This document shows positions 19,364 to 29,412 of a stretch of 64,000 bases of DNA, one piece after another. This stretch comes from an uncultured Verrucomicrobiae bacterium (GTDB lineage: Bacteria > Verrucomicrobiota > Verrucomicrobiia > Limisphaerales > JAFGQR01). Each line of letters opens with the position of its first letter. Position 1 is the first letter of the stretch. The stretch is taken from the NCBI GenBank assembly GCA_963788655.1, contig CAWBHS010000099.1, positions 64,001 to 128,000 of the forward strand, read 5' to 3'. Below the pieces are notes generated by a model. That model saw only the letters and a list, made by a program, of their open reading frames with translations. It had not been told where the DNA came from and did no database searches. The translations under genes and the position numbers were made by a program.

Positions 19364-20356
19364 TCACGGGCCGCCGAGGGGAATGTTCACGTAGCCGCCA
19401 AACCAGAATTTCCCGTCGCTGTTGGCCCCGTCCACCACCGTGCGGCTGTAGAATCCAAACTGCCATTTCCGTTTGGAGGTGGTGTAATTGAAGCCTGCCT
19501 CAATCGCATCGCGGTTTTCACGCACCGCCACCGGATAATTGATGTACCGCGTGGCCGGATCGAAGCTGATGTCGTCCCCCGAGGTCGTTCCCAGGTGCCG
19601 GTAGCCCGCCTGCAGTTCCCACCCTTTGATCTGTTGGAACAAGCCGGCCGCCACAATGTACTGGTCGTTGGACGTGGTGCGGTTCCAGCGAAACAGCGCG
19701 TCACCATAAGCCCCCAATCCCGTCCAGCCGAAATGTTTTCGGGTCAGCACTTCGGGCGCGATCGCCACCGAGCGGAGGCCGGGCGCAAACGGAAATCCCT
19801 GGCTGTAGGTGCCGGGCAGGACGGCCCCGGCGCGGAATGTCAACGTGGGGATCCATTTGGATTGGGAGCTCGCCTCATTGTGAATCTGGTAGCGCACGCC
19901 GAACGCCGTGTCCATCAGGCCACCGGTGGAGCGGGAATAACCATTGGGATTGTTGTCGTTCGAGAAATACCGCCACCCAACGGTGGTATAGCCGAGCGCG
20001 AAATCCGCCGCCCACCGTTCGGTGATACCGTATTGGAGCGTCAGGTAACCCTGGATGGTGTCAACGCCATAACGCTCCCCGTTTCGATGCCAGGTCACAT
20101 CCTGGTATTCGTTTTTGACCCAGATGTGGTAGGCCTCGGATTCCTGGTAGAACGCCCCGACGACAAACTGACGGCGTTGCGGCACGTCCGCCCATTGGGC
20201 AAATGGTGCGTGCGGGACGTTCTCACTGGCCCCAAGCGATGGGGCTAGCACCAGGCAGATCATTCCCGCCAGCCCTAGGAACCAGCGTCGCCCAGCCCGG
20301 CTCGTTGGCCGGGATAGTTTTCCGATTTCCGTTTTGACTCGTTTGTTCTGCTTCAT
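19364..20356 (-). CDS. Hypothetical exported protein, probable outer-membrane beta-barrel ('transporter'-like)
   Basis: Signal peptide; alternating beta-strand patterns (YLTLQYGITERWAADF, GLMDTAFGVRYQ, PTLTFRAGAVLPG, FWFGGYVNIPL). Confidence 0.6.
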   Translation of the reverse strand: MKQNKRVKTEIGKLSRPTSRAGRRWFLGLAGMICLVLAPSLGASENVPHAPFAQWADVPQRRQFVVGAFYQESEAYHIWVKNEYQDVTWHRNGERYGVDTIQGYLTLQYGITERWAADFALGYTTVGWRYFSNDNNPNGYSRSTGGLMDTAFGVRYQIHNEASSQSKWIPTLTFRAGAVLPGTYSQGFPFAPGLRSVAIAPEVLTRKHFGWTGLGAYGDALFRWNRTTSNDQYIVAAGLFQQIKGWELQAGYRHLGTTSGDDISFDPATRYINYPVAVRENRDAIEAGFNYTTSKRKWQFGFYSRTVVDGANSDGKFWFGGYVNIPLGGP

Positions 20357-20950
20357 GATTTCTGACGGGTTGTTTCATTCGCCATCCAACGAACGTCCGC
20401 CCATGCCCCCCGGCACCAATGCCGTTTCGAATATTCGGTTCCAATGGCCACCTAGTGGAGCCGGGACGAAGCTGTATCCACGCCACGGCAGATTTCAACC
20501 AAAGAAGAGTTGAAGCATGAAGGGGTGAAACGTCGAAGAGTCGAGGTGGAGGAAAGGGGTAATTCCTGGGAGCGCGGATGCTTTTATTTGCGCGAAGGAC
20601 CGTCAGGAGTGATGCCGACTTTCAATTTGTTCTAACACGGAGTTGCACTCTGCCCGGGCGTTGAAGGCTCCCAACGCCGCTGCCGGTACGGGCTAGGAGA
20701 TGCGTGATAGTCTTGCTCACACGTCGAGATTCTTTACAGAGTTTGAAATTGTTCAAATCCTTTTGGATAACTATGAAAACAGCCGCTGAACTGGCCATTT
20801 GCGTGGTTTTAGAGTTGGAATAGCTTACAGTTTTAGTCGGAAGGCTATTTCTTGAAATAGAAGTAAGGCGACATCAGTATGATTTTAAATGATTGATGAC
20901 AAGCGGCTTGAACACATTTAGAACGACGACAATTCAGGCTTGCATCGATA

Positions 20951-20967
20951 CTGGCACGCACTTAGCT
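20951..20967 (+). promoter_or_regulatory. Sigma54 (-24/-12) promoter
   Basis: CTGGCACGCACTTAGCT: GG at 20953-54 and GC at 20965-66 with exactly 10 nt between; 34 bp upstream of ATG 21001. Confidence 0.7.
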
Positions 20968-21000
20968 ATAAAAACCATCCTATTGCAACAAAACTTGGCT

Positions 21001-21763
21001 ATGAAACAACATCATTCACTATTCAACTCATTGATTCTCGTTGGCGTTTCGGCGTTGACTGCATCGGCAGTAACCGTCACTGTACTTCCCAGTGACCCTA
21101 ACTGGGGCAATCCGGCAGGCGAAAACGGAGGCGGCGGATTCCAGCGCCATCACCGGATCGGCTCCGCGCTCCGGCAATGGCTCGTTGGAATTAACGGGCG
21201 ATCGCACCCGATTCTTTGGTCTAGGCAATCCGTATGATTCCACAAGCAATCTCGGATTGTTGAGTGACCTGACTGACTTCAGGTTCGATTGGTCGGTCGC
21301 AGTCGGAAGCTCGCAGGGCACGACTCCCAATTACTCGCCGGCGTTGAGGCTGCACATTTGGGACGGAGCCCAACGCAGTGAGCTCATTTGGGAAAACGCG
21401 TATAATGGTCCAACTACGGTGGTCCAAGGCATGTGGTACTCCACCGGCACCGATGACAATTTCTCGCAGTATGTGGCGGGAGTTGGCGACAGCCTGATTT
21501 ACAACCGGTCAATATCGGATTGGAGTTCGCTCGGTTACAGTGCAAACGCATATATTGCCGGCGTCAGTATCGGGGTTGGCTCTTCCGCGGGATCCACCTA
21601 TCATGCCTTTGCCGACGATCTAGTATTAAGTTTCGGGGTAAATTCCACCACCTACAACTTCGAAGCCTCCGCTGCTTCGGTGCCGGATGGTGGGGCGACG
21701 CTGCTTCTATTCGGAAGTGCCTTGGCGGGATTTGCAGCATTGCGTCGGAAGTGGCGGGCCTAG
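21001..21763 (+). CDS. VPDSG-CTERM (PEP-CTERM-like) exosortase-target surface protein; +1 frameshift at 21139-21140 as sequenced
   Basis: Signal peptide MKQHHSLFNSLILVGVSALTASA. Removing one T of GGATTCC joins ...ENGGGG to SSAITGSAPRSGNGSLEL. C-terminus SVPDGGATLLLFGSALAGFAALRRKWRA. Confidence 0.85.
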
Positions 21764-21789
21764 CCGGCTCCAACCAAGAAACACAATTC

Positions 21790-21819
21790 GGGCCGGAGCA
21801 ATCCGGTCCTTTTTGTTTT
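21790..21819 (+). terminator. Rho-independent terminator
   Basis: gggccgga-gcaa-tccggtcc hairpin (GNRA loop) followed by tttttgtttt. Confidence 0.8.
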
Positions 21820-21906
21820 AACCATGGCGTGTTAACAATCGGGTATCCAGAATCGGGCATCCGGCATCTTCACCGGTCGCATCGGCCCACTTCAACGCTT
21901 CACCCC

Positions 21907-23376
21907 TCACTGCCCGGTCCCAGTTGCCTTTGCCGGCGCATTCGTGCCGGTGGCTGAAGGAGCCGGCAAGTTCAACTTCGTGCGCAGACGAGCTTTGAAT
22001 TCCGGGGCCAGCCGGCTGTCCGGCGCCAACAAGCGGTTAAGCACGTCTTTCTTCATGTCCTCGAAGGGCGGCAAGCCCAGGCGCTGTTCCTGGCCCTTGG
22101 CTTTATCCCGGCAATAATTCCAAAACTTCAGCGCCATGGCCATCATCCCGGCGGCGCGGTCATCGTTATCGATGGCCATGGCGAGGTAGGCGTCGCCGAT
22201 AAAGCCTTCCAGCACGGTCATGGATTTGTCATAGCTCATCGTCCCAATGTCCTCCACGTGCCGTTGGAACACGTATTCTTCCAACGTGTCTTTGGCCGGG
22301 ATGGCATCGGGGTATTTCTGGCGCACGTAATCGAACCAATACTTGGCTTCGGTCTCACGGTTGTGGGTGTAGAGCATGTAAACGATGGTGCGCAGGAAAT
22401 TCTTGTGCGCCCGTTCGATGGGCACCTTGTTCTGCTGTTCATCCTGGATCAGCTTCTCCCAGTTGGCATTCACCCGTCCGATCTTATCGAGGTCCGGTCC
22501 CGTAATGATGTACCCGTTCTTGGGCAGACGCACCACGCGTCCGGCGAAGACCGACATTTGTTGCGAGGAATAAATCACCCGCCGCAGGAAGACGAGATTG
22601 CTGTTGCTGGAATTGCGCAATCCCACGCAGGCCCAGTAAATGGCGTGCGCTTCGGGCAGGCGCCATTCCAGGGGGCCGTATTCCGTGTCCACCTCCTTCA
22701 TGATTTCCGGGTCCATCTTGTATTTGTTGCGCAGCAACTCCGCGCGTTTCCGCTCATCAGCGGTGGTCGGATGGATCAATTCGGCGAAGTTCGGGCGCGG
22801 ACCATCGAAGAGCGCGGTCATCTGGCGCGCCCACTCGGTCTTGTAATAGCGATGGGCGTCATCGAGGTCTTGCCCCATCTTGTGCTGGAAGAACCAGGCC
22901 AATTCCCGATAGACCATCGCCTGCGTGGGATTGTAGCGAATGGCGTCATCACGCAACAACTCGATGCCCCGCTGCACCCAGCGCCAGCGGTCCGCCGGGT
23001 CGGTGAACTTGACCGAAATGTTGTAGGCCATGTTCCAGGCCTGCACGAGCCAGACCTGCACGAAGGTGGGTTCGAGTTTGGTGATCCAATCGGCGAGCTG
23101 GACCATTTCAAAATACTTGCCTTCGTCCTGGAGATCGGTGGCGCGAATCCACAGCGCGTTGGCGATCAATCCCCGGAAACTGCCCAACGCCACGGTCACA
23201 AAGGTCAGCATGGGTGGGGCGCCCGCGGTATCCAATTGCGTGAAATAGCTCAGGCCCAGTTTCGGATCGCGGCGCTGTCCGTTGAGCTGGTGCTGGAAGA
23301 AACCGGCCAGCGCCAGCAACACCGCTGCGCTCAGGGCGAGCAGCGGTTTGTAGAAGCGATGGCGGTCAGTGGTCAT
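21907..23376 (-). CDS. Membrane-anchored helical-repeat (TPR-like) protein associated with an ABC transporter
   Basis: N-terminal TM; LGSFRGLIANALWIRA...WITKLEPTF..VW..QAWNMAYNISV...RWRWVQRGIELL; ATGA overlap with the upstream permease stop. Confidence 0.7.
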   Translation of the reverse strand: MTTDRHRFYKPLLALSAAVLLALAGFFQHQLNGQRRDPKLGLSYFTQLDTAGAPPMLTFVTVALGSFRGLIANALWIRATDLQDEGKYFEMVQLADWITKLEPTFVQVWLVQAWNMAYNISVKFTDPADRWRWVQRGIELLRDDAIRYNPTQAMVYRELAWFFQHKMGQDLDDAHRYYKTEWARQMTALFDGPRPNFAELIHPTTADERKRAELLRNKYKMDPEIMKEVDTEYGPLEWRLPEAHAIYWACVGLRNSSNSNLVFLRRVIYSSQQMSVFAGRVVRLPKNGYIITGPDLDKIGRVNANWEKLIQDEQQNKVPIERAHKNFLRTIVYMLYTHNRETEAKYWFDYVRQKYPDAIPAKDTLEEYVFQRHVEDIGTMSYDKSMTVLEGFIGDAYLAMAIDNDDRAAGMMAMALKFWNYCRDKAKGQEQRLGLPPFEDMKKDVLNRLLAPDSRLAPEFKARLRTKLNLPAPSATGTNAPAKATGTGQ

Positions 23377-24749
23377 GTGGTGCTTTGGGCGGTCGCCAAT
23401 TCGCGCCGCGTGAAAATGATGATACCGACCACCGCAAAAATGCCGCCCAGGAGCAGGACCACCTGGGCAAAGGCAATTCCCAAGGTGCCCCACGTGATAC
23501 TTCTCCCGGTGCTCAACGCGTCCACCGGCGAAAAAACCCGCACGAGGTTGACGATCCGCAACAACACTTTGAAAAACGGAACCATGATCACGTCCACCCA
23601 ACTGCCCCCGCTGACACCGGTTTCATGGTCGGCACCCACTACGGTGCCTTCCTCGACCACGGTGGAGAGCGTACCCGTGGACAACGACACCACCAACAGA
23701 CTGAGGGAGAAAAACGCGGCTACCGGGAAGGATAACAGACTCGCCGATGCCAGTCCCAGCGCCGCCAACAACGCCATCCAAAAAAGAATGATCATCAGAC
23801 CGCGGGCGAAGTTCAGGGCAAATCCGCCTTCGCGGTAAAGCACTTCGAAACCATCCTCCAACGGGAACAGGAGCGCGGTGGGGTTGCGGTTGATAAAGGA
23901 GACGGTGAGCACCCCATTCTCGTCGAACAAATTGGGCGGAATGGCAAACTCATGAAACGTGTTCGCCGACATGCTTTGCCGGTCCACCACCACCTGGGTT
24001 TTGCCCGGCACGCCGATTTGCCATTCGCCCTGATACAAACCGCTCTCATTGGTCTGGGCGACGTGGAAATTCGCCCGAAGGTAGAGGGGGTCGTTGTGCA
24101 ATGAATTCTTGCGCAGCCCCAGCGGGAGCGTCCACACCCGTTGGAAACCGGGCGGTACAATCTGAAAACCGGCCTTGACCTGTTCGGTCAGTTGTTTGCG
24201 CAACAGGGGATATTGGTCGGGCGGCACCTCGGTTTCCTGGATGCGCTTCTGGAACACAGCGTCCACGTATTTGTCGATGTCCGGCATGGGCTCCTTCAAC
24301 GCGCCCCGCGCCACGAAAATCTCATGGTGCAAAATGGCCTGTTGGTCCGCGGGCAACCGGCTGGCCCGCCATTGCAGGAGCAAATACACGCTGCCGCCGG
24401 TTAGGGCCAACAACGCGGCGTCCAGCAGCACAATGCCGAGCCATTTGCCCAGCCAGATTTGCCAGCGGGCAATGGGTTTCACGGCGATCATTTGCATCTG
24501 GCAGTCTTCGATGTCACGCGCCAGAGTGCCGCAGGACAACCAGAGCGTGGCCAGGCCCAGCAGCATGGTGATGACACTCAAGTTGTAGGTCAGCACCAGT
24601 TGCACAAACCCGCGCGCCGTTTGGTCGCTCTTGAGAATGAGCGGCAGCCCGATCACCGACCCGAGCAACAGCACCGCCAGCACCCAAAACAGCCGAAACC
24701 GGAAGGCGGCTTTCCAGGTGAGCTTGGCGATGGCCCAAATCCGTTGCAT
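23373..24749 (-). CDS. ABC-2 type transporter permease with a large periplasmic domain
   Basis: MQRIWAIAKLTWK start; RDIEDCQMQMIAVKPIARWQIWLGKWLG motif; multiple TM segments; ends IFTRRELA. Confidence 0.85.
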   Translation of the reverse strand: MQRIWAIAKLTWKAAFRFRLFWVLAVLLLGSVIGLPLILKSDQTARGFVQLVLTYNLSVITMLLGLATLWLSCGTLARDIEDCQMQMIAVKPIARWQIWLGKWLGIVLLDAALLALTGGSVYLLLQWRASRLPADQQAILHHEIFVARGALKEPMPDIDKYVDAVFQKRIQETEVPPDQYPLLRKQLTEQVKAGFQIVPPGFQRVWTLPLGLRKNSLHNDPLYLRANFHVAQTNESGLYQGEWQIGVPGKTQVVVDRQSMSANTFHEFAIPPNLFDENGVLTVSFINRNPTALLFPLEDGFEVLYREGGFALNFARGLMIILFWMALLAALGLASASLLSFPVAAFFSLSLLVVSLSTGTLSTVVEEGTVVGADHETGVSGGSWVDVIMVPFFKVLLRIVNLVRVFSPVDALSTGRSITWGTLGIAFAQVVLLLGGIFAVVGIIIFTRRELATAQSTT

Positions 24750-24799
24750 GCGATGCTAAGCTGGAACTTGAAGGTTCCGAAACGGTGAGGGTGAGGGAT

Positions 24800-26053
24800 T
24801 CATTTCGGTTTTTGCAGCAGTGAGGACAATTTCTCGTTGGCCTTTTCCAATTCGGCCGGTCGCGGCTTTTCCGTGGGCTTATCGGTGGCGGGCGCTTTGG
24901 ATTCTGGCACGGGCGCGGGCTGGGCTTCCGGTTGGGCCAGCGCGGCCAACTTCGATTGGTCGATGGGAGCGGCGGCCACGGGTTCGGGCGGTTTCGTTTC
25001 CTCGCGAGGCGCCGCCGCGGCTACGGTCAACCGCTCCAGAAAACGATCGGGAGCGGCTTGGGTTTCCGCTTCGCCCCGTAAATATGCCGCCACCCGGCCA
25101 CCGGATGTGGCGCCGGACGTTGCCGTGGCGGACTGCCGCGCTTTTTGGACCACATCCAGGAAGTAACTCTCCAGGTTCTTCGTCGGCGTGTCCACGCGGA
25201 CTTTGTCCGGATCCACATCCTTCCGGAGAATGGCCAGCACCTGTTCCATATCTTCGCGCGGCACCGGCGGCATGGTGATCCGCACGACGTCCGGCCGGGC
25301 CAGCAGTTCCTGCAACGGGCCCTGGGCTTGAATGCGTCCCCCGTAAAGAATCAAGACGCGGTCGCACACGTCTTCAACGTCCGCCAGCAAATGGCTGCTG
25401 AGAATCACGGTCTTGCCGCGTTGGGCCAGCGCGAGGATCAGATCCTTGATCTCCCGGCAGCCAATGGGGTCCAGGCCCGAAGTCGGTTCGTCGAGAATCA
25501 CCAGGTCCGGATCATTGATCAGCGCCTGCGCCAGCCCGATGCGCCGTTGCATGCCTTTGGAAAACTCCCCAATCGTCCGCGTCCGCGTCTGGGTCAAGCC
25601 GACCATCTCGAGCAATTGCTCGGTGCGTTTTTTCCGTTCGCCACTGGGCAAGTGAAACAGATCGCCAAAGAACTCCAGGGTTTCGCGCGAATCGAGGTAG
25701 CGATACAAATACGATTCCTCGGGCAGGTAACCGATGCGTTCCTTGGTGGCCACATGCCGGGGCGAATGGCCGAACACTTCGATGTGTCCCTTGGTGGGAT
25801 ACAAAAGGCCCAACAGCATTTTCACTGTGGTGGATTTTCCGGAGCCGTTGGGACCCAGCAGGCCAAACACTTCGCCGCGCCGCACCTCGAAATCGATGTT
25901 ATCGACCGCGCGGGCCTTGGGCCGGCCCCAGAAATCCTTGAAGATCTTGGTCAAGCCGCGCACAGCCACGACCGCGCTTCCATCCGTGAATTGCGGTTTG
26001 CTGGCGCTGGCTTCCGCGTTGGCTTCAGTAACGGTCATTAGGTCAGTGCTCAT
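24800..26053 (-). CDS. ABC transporter ATP-binding protein with a low-complexity C-terminal tail
   Basis: GPNGSGKST, FSKGMQRRIGLAQAL, LDEPTSGLDP, SSH motif. Confidence 0.93.
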   Translation of the reverse strand: MSTDLMTVTEANAEASASKPQFTDGSAVVAVRGLTKIFKDFWGRPKARAVDNIDFEVRRGEVFGLLGPNGSGKSTTVKMLLGLLYPTKGHIEVFGHSPRHVATKERIGYLPEESYLYRYLDSRETLEFFGDLFHLPSGERKKRTEQLLEMVGLTQTRTRTIGEFSKGMQRRIGLAQALINDPDLVILDEPTSGLDPIGCREIKDLILALAQRGKTVILSSHLLADVEDVCDRVLILYGGRIQAQGPLQELLARPDVVRITMPPVPREDMEQVLAILRKDVDPDKVRVDTPTKNLESYFLDVVQKARQSATATSGATSGGRVAAYLRGEAETQAAPDRFLERLTVAAAAPREETKPPEPVAAAPIDQSKLAALAQPEAQPAPVPESKAPATDKPTEKPRPAELEKANEKLSSLLQKPK

Positions 26054-26398
26054 GGCGTGAGACGGGTGGTGCGGGAAAATATTCCCGTCGAATCAACTTT
26101 TTCGTTCGTTTTGCCATGGCAGTAATCGTGGGACCGAAGCCGGGACCGGCTCGGCCAGTGACGAAACTGCCATTTTGGCCACAACTGCTCAGCGCGCATC
26201 CAGGCATCCTAACAACGGGATTAGCCGAGGGCAAGGTTGTGCGGTTGAACTGCTGAGCGGTATCAATTCGGCAACAAACCACCAATAACCACGAATGGAA
26301 CCGGACTTCGACACAGTTGCCGACACAGTTTTTGGAAGTGGGCTTCAATCAAGCTCGGCTGGGTAGTGTATGACTCTCCCCGGCATGGCTCCGAACAC

Positions 26399-26513
26399 GT
26401 AGGACGGGCGTCTCGCCCGTCCCGAACGTCTGAGGGCGAACGCTCTCTGCAAGACGTTCGCTGTCCCAGGAGCGATGCGGGTGTATTCGGAACAGCCGGG
26501 ACGGGTGGCCTGC
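26399..26513. repeat. GTAG-type REP-like doublet (right copy degenerate)
   Basis: gtaggacgggcgtctcgcccgtcc; related to 42633-42765. Confidence 0.6.
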
Positions 26514-26517
26514 CGGT

Positions 26518-27570
26518 TCAGCCTTCGAGCAACTCGCGCTGCCAGTTCATCAACTCTTTGGAGTTCACGTCCCAGTTGTGGGCCAGTTGCACAAGGGTGG
26601 CGCGACTGGCAATAAGACTGGGATCCAGGCCCAGGTCCGTTGCGTGCTGGTTGCGCCGGCGCTCCAGTTCGCGGAGCCGTTTCTTTTCCGCTTCCGTTTG
26701 CCGGCGCCCGCGAGGTTTGTAAATCCGCGGCAATTCCTTGGAAGCCAAGCCGCTGGTAATGGCCTCGGTGACTCCCTGTCGCCGGCGGTTGGTCAGATGG
26801 CGCGGAATGATTTCTTCCACCGGCGAACCATCCGCCGCCGCCGTGGCCAGGCTCACCATGGTTTCCGGCTGCAGAATGAAGTATGGCGGTTTATTGGCAT
26901 GCACGGCCTCCATTTCGCGCCAGCGCCAGATCTCGCGCACGACCGCCAACGCCGCCGGAGCCAGGCGGCTGCTGCCTTTGACGCGCCATTGTTGATCCGG
27001 GTCCACTTCCCGCAACTGGGCGCATTCGTTGATCAACCGGGCACAGCTCTCCCGGTGCCAGTGCAGCCGACCTTGCTCCTTCAACTCCGCGCGGAGAATG
27101 TCGGCCAGCGATTTGAGGTGATGCGTATCGTTCCGGGCATAGGCCTCCATCCGCGGCGTGAGCGGACGACGCGCCCAATTGGCTTTTTGCGGCCCCTTTT
27201 CCAAGGTCACTCCCAAATATTTGGACACCAGGCTGTCCAGGCCGAAATGACGTTGGCCCAGCAACCGGCTGGCAATCATGGTGTCAAAGATGGCCTTGGG
27301 CACAAAGTTGCAGTGCCGCTGCAACAACCGCAGATCGTAATCGGCGCCGTGCAGGATCAATTCGTGCCGGCGCAATTCCTTGAGCACGGGGGTGAGATCC
27401 GCCCCGGCCAGGGGGTCCAAGAGCACATCGTGTTGTTCAAAACTGACCTGGATCAGGCAAAGCTTTTCGGGATAGGCGTGCAAACTGTCCGCCTCGGTGT
27501 CCAGTGCGATCCACTGGGCTTCCCGGAGGCGGGGCACGAAATCGGTCAGTTTCTGTTGCGTATCAATCAC
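26518..27570 (-). CDS. rnd: Ribonuclease D (3'-5' exonuclease + HRDC)
   Basis: DEDD motifs ALDTEADS, HGADYDLRLL, IFDTMIA, NWARRPL, YARND; HRDC WRWREMEA..NKPPYFIL. Confidence 0.9.
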   Translation of the reverse strand: MIDTQQKLTDFVPRLREAQWIALDTEADSLHAYPEKLCLIQVSFEQHDVLLDPLAGADLTPVLKELRRHELILHGADYDLRLLQRHCNFVPKAIFDTMIASRLLGQRHFGLDSLVSKYLGVTLEKGPQKANWARRPLTPRMEAYARNDTHHLKSLADILRAELKEQGRLHWHRESCARLINECAQLREVDPDQQWRVKGSSRLAPAALAVVREIWRWREMEAVHANKPPYFILQPETMVSLATAAADGSPVEEIIPRHLTNRRRQGVTEAITSGLASKELPRIYKPRGRRQTEAEKKRLRELERRRNQHATDLGLDPSLIASRATLVQLAHNWDVNSKELMNWQRELLEG

Positions 27571-27693
27571 GCGGCGGAACTATAGTGAAGGCGAAAACCA
27601 GAAAAAGGCAAAACCAATTTCACCGGCGGTCTATTTAAAACCAGCCTGATGAAAGGAGCTTTCAAAATACGGGCGAGCCGGTATAACCACCCC

Positions 27694-29208
27694 ATGAATC
27701 TCGCAACGGCATTTTGCGTTTCCGCCCGGAAACATGCGCCGAAGCCTGCCATTTTCTGGGGGGAACGGCAGTTTCCCTACGAGTTGCTGTGGCAACAGAC
27801 CGAGCGATTGACCAACCACCTGCGCGCGCACTGCGGCCTGCGGCCGGGGGATCGGGTTGCCCTTTGGCTGAAAAACTGCCCCGAATTCATTCCCGCCCTG
27901 TTTGGCATTTTACACGCCGGCGGAGTCGTCGTGCCGATCAACAATTTCCTCAAACCGGATGAAGTCAGTTTCATTTTGGCGGATGCCGGGATTGATTTGG
28001 TCATTACCGATGCGTCCATGGAGGAGCATTTTGCGAAGCTGACGCAGGCCCGGCCGCAATTGAAATTCTGGACGGTGGAAGAGTTTAATGCCCCCTCGTT
28101 CCAGACCCAGCCGCCGGTCCGTTCCGGTTTTCGCCCTCCGCGCGAATCGGATTTGGCGTTGATCATTTACACCTCGGGCACCACGGGGCATCCCAAGGGC
28201 GCCATGCTTTCCCATGGCAATCTGCTGCACAACGTCGAGAGCTGCCGCCTGGTGCTGTCCGCGATGGATGTGGACCGGTTTGTGGTGGTGTTGCCGATGT
28301 TTCACAGTTTCATGCTTACCGTGGGGGTGTTGCTCCCGTTACTGGTGGGCGGATCCTTGGTGCTGATCAAGTCCCTGCACCCACCGAAAAACATCATCCA
28401 GGAAATCATCCAACACGGCGGCACCATCCTGCCATGCATTCCCCAGTTCTTCCGGACGTTGGCGCACGCGAATTTGCCCTGCCCACTGCCACTGCGATTG
28501 TGCATCAGCGGCGGCGCCCCGTTGCCGGGGGAAATCCTGCGCGAGTTCAACGCCCGGATGCCCATGCCATTGATCGAAGGCTACGGTTTGAGCGAAGCCA
28601 GTCCGGTGGTGAGTTTGAATCCGGTGGCGGGCCCCTGGAAAGCCGGATCCGTCGGCGTGCCGATTCCCGGCGTGGAAATTGGCGTGTGCAACGAAGCCGG
28701 GGAATTCCTGGCGCCGCACCAGACCGGCGAAATCTGCGTCCGCGGCGGCAACGTGATGCGCGGTTATTGGAACCAACCGGAGGCAAGCGCCCAATGCCTC
28801 CGGCATGGCTGGCTGCTGACCGGCGACGTCGGGTATCGCGATGGTGAAGGTTATTATTACATCACGGATCGCAAGAAGGATATGCTGCTGGTGAACGGCC
28901 TCAACGTCTATCCCCGCGAAATCGAGGAAGTGCTCTACCAATTTCCCGGCGTGCGGGAAGCCGCCGTGATTGGTGTTTCGGACGCGCGCAAGGGGGAGCA
29001 CCCGGTGGCCTTTGTGGCGCTCCAGGAGGGCCAAGCCACCGATGCCAAGGCCTTGCTCGCGTTCGCCCGCGAGCGTTTGGCCGATTACAAAGTGCCCCGG
29101 CAAATCAACTTTCTGCCCGCGCTCCCGCGCAACGCCACCGGCAAAGTATTGAAGACCGCTCTCCGGCAACAAGCCGGGCCACCCGTTGGCCAAGCCGAAG
29201 GTCTTTAA
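27694..29208 (+). CDS. fadD: Long-chain-fatty-acid--CoA ligase (AMP-binding)
   Basis: IIYTSGTTGHPKG, EGYGLSEASP, TGDVG, DRKKD, PRNATGKVLK. Confidence 0.88.
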   Translation: MNLATAFCVSARKHAPKPAIFWGERQFPYELLWQQTERLTNHLRAHCGLRPGDRVALWLKNCPEFIPALFGILHAGGVVVPINNFLKPDEVSFILADAGIDLVITDASMEEHFAKLTQARPQLKFWTVEEFNAPSFQTQPPVRSGFRPPRESDLALIIYTSGTTGHPKGAMLSHGNLLHNVESCRLVLSAMDVDRFVVVLPMFHSFMLTVGVLLPLLVGGSLVLIKSLHPPKNIIQEIIQHGGTILPCIPQFFRTLAHANLPCPLPLRLCISGGAPLPGEILREFNARMPMPLIEGYGLSEASPVVSLNPVAGPWKAGSVGVPIPGVEIGVCNEAGEFLAPHQTGEICVRGGNVMRGYWNQPEASAQCLRHGWLLTGDVGYRDGEGYYYITDRKKDMLLVNGLNVYPREIEEVLYQFPGVREAAVIGVSDARKGEHPVAFVALQEGQATDAKALLAFARERLADYKVPRQINFLPALPRNATGKVLKTALRQQAGPPVGQAEGL

Positions 29209-29412
29209 CGCCAGTCAGCGCACCGGGTGCAACCCCATGTCGGGCACGGGGAAGCCTTTGATCCTCGAACGCCGTAGGATTCCCGCGCCAACGCGGCCGG
29301 GAATGCGGAAACGATGCGGAAATATCAGCGCTCGACGGAGTCTCACCTTACCCGCCGCCGGCAACACCGTGGTAACGGTTGAGGGTTGAGGGCTGAAGGT
29401 CGTCGGGAGCGG

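Noticed and set aside
20357..20720. Possible ncRNA or riboswitch in a long intergenic region (5712-6070 and 51277-51623 also examined)
   Set aside because: No tRNA cloverleaf or riboswitch consensus could be recognised by eye. An Infernal/Rfam scan would be needed to exclude one.
23377..23601. 75-aa N-terminal extension of the 21907..23601 ORF
   Set aside because: It overlaps the permease coding region. The ATGA-coupled start at 23376, followed by a TM helix, is far more plausible.
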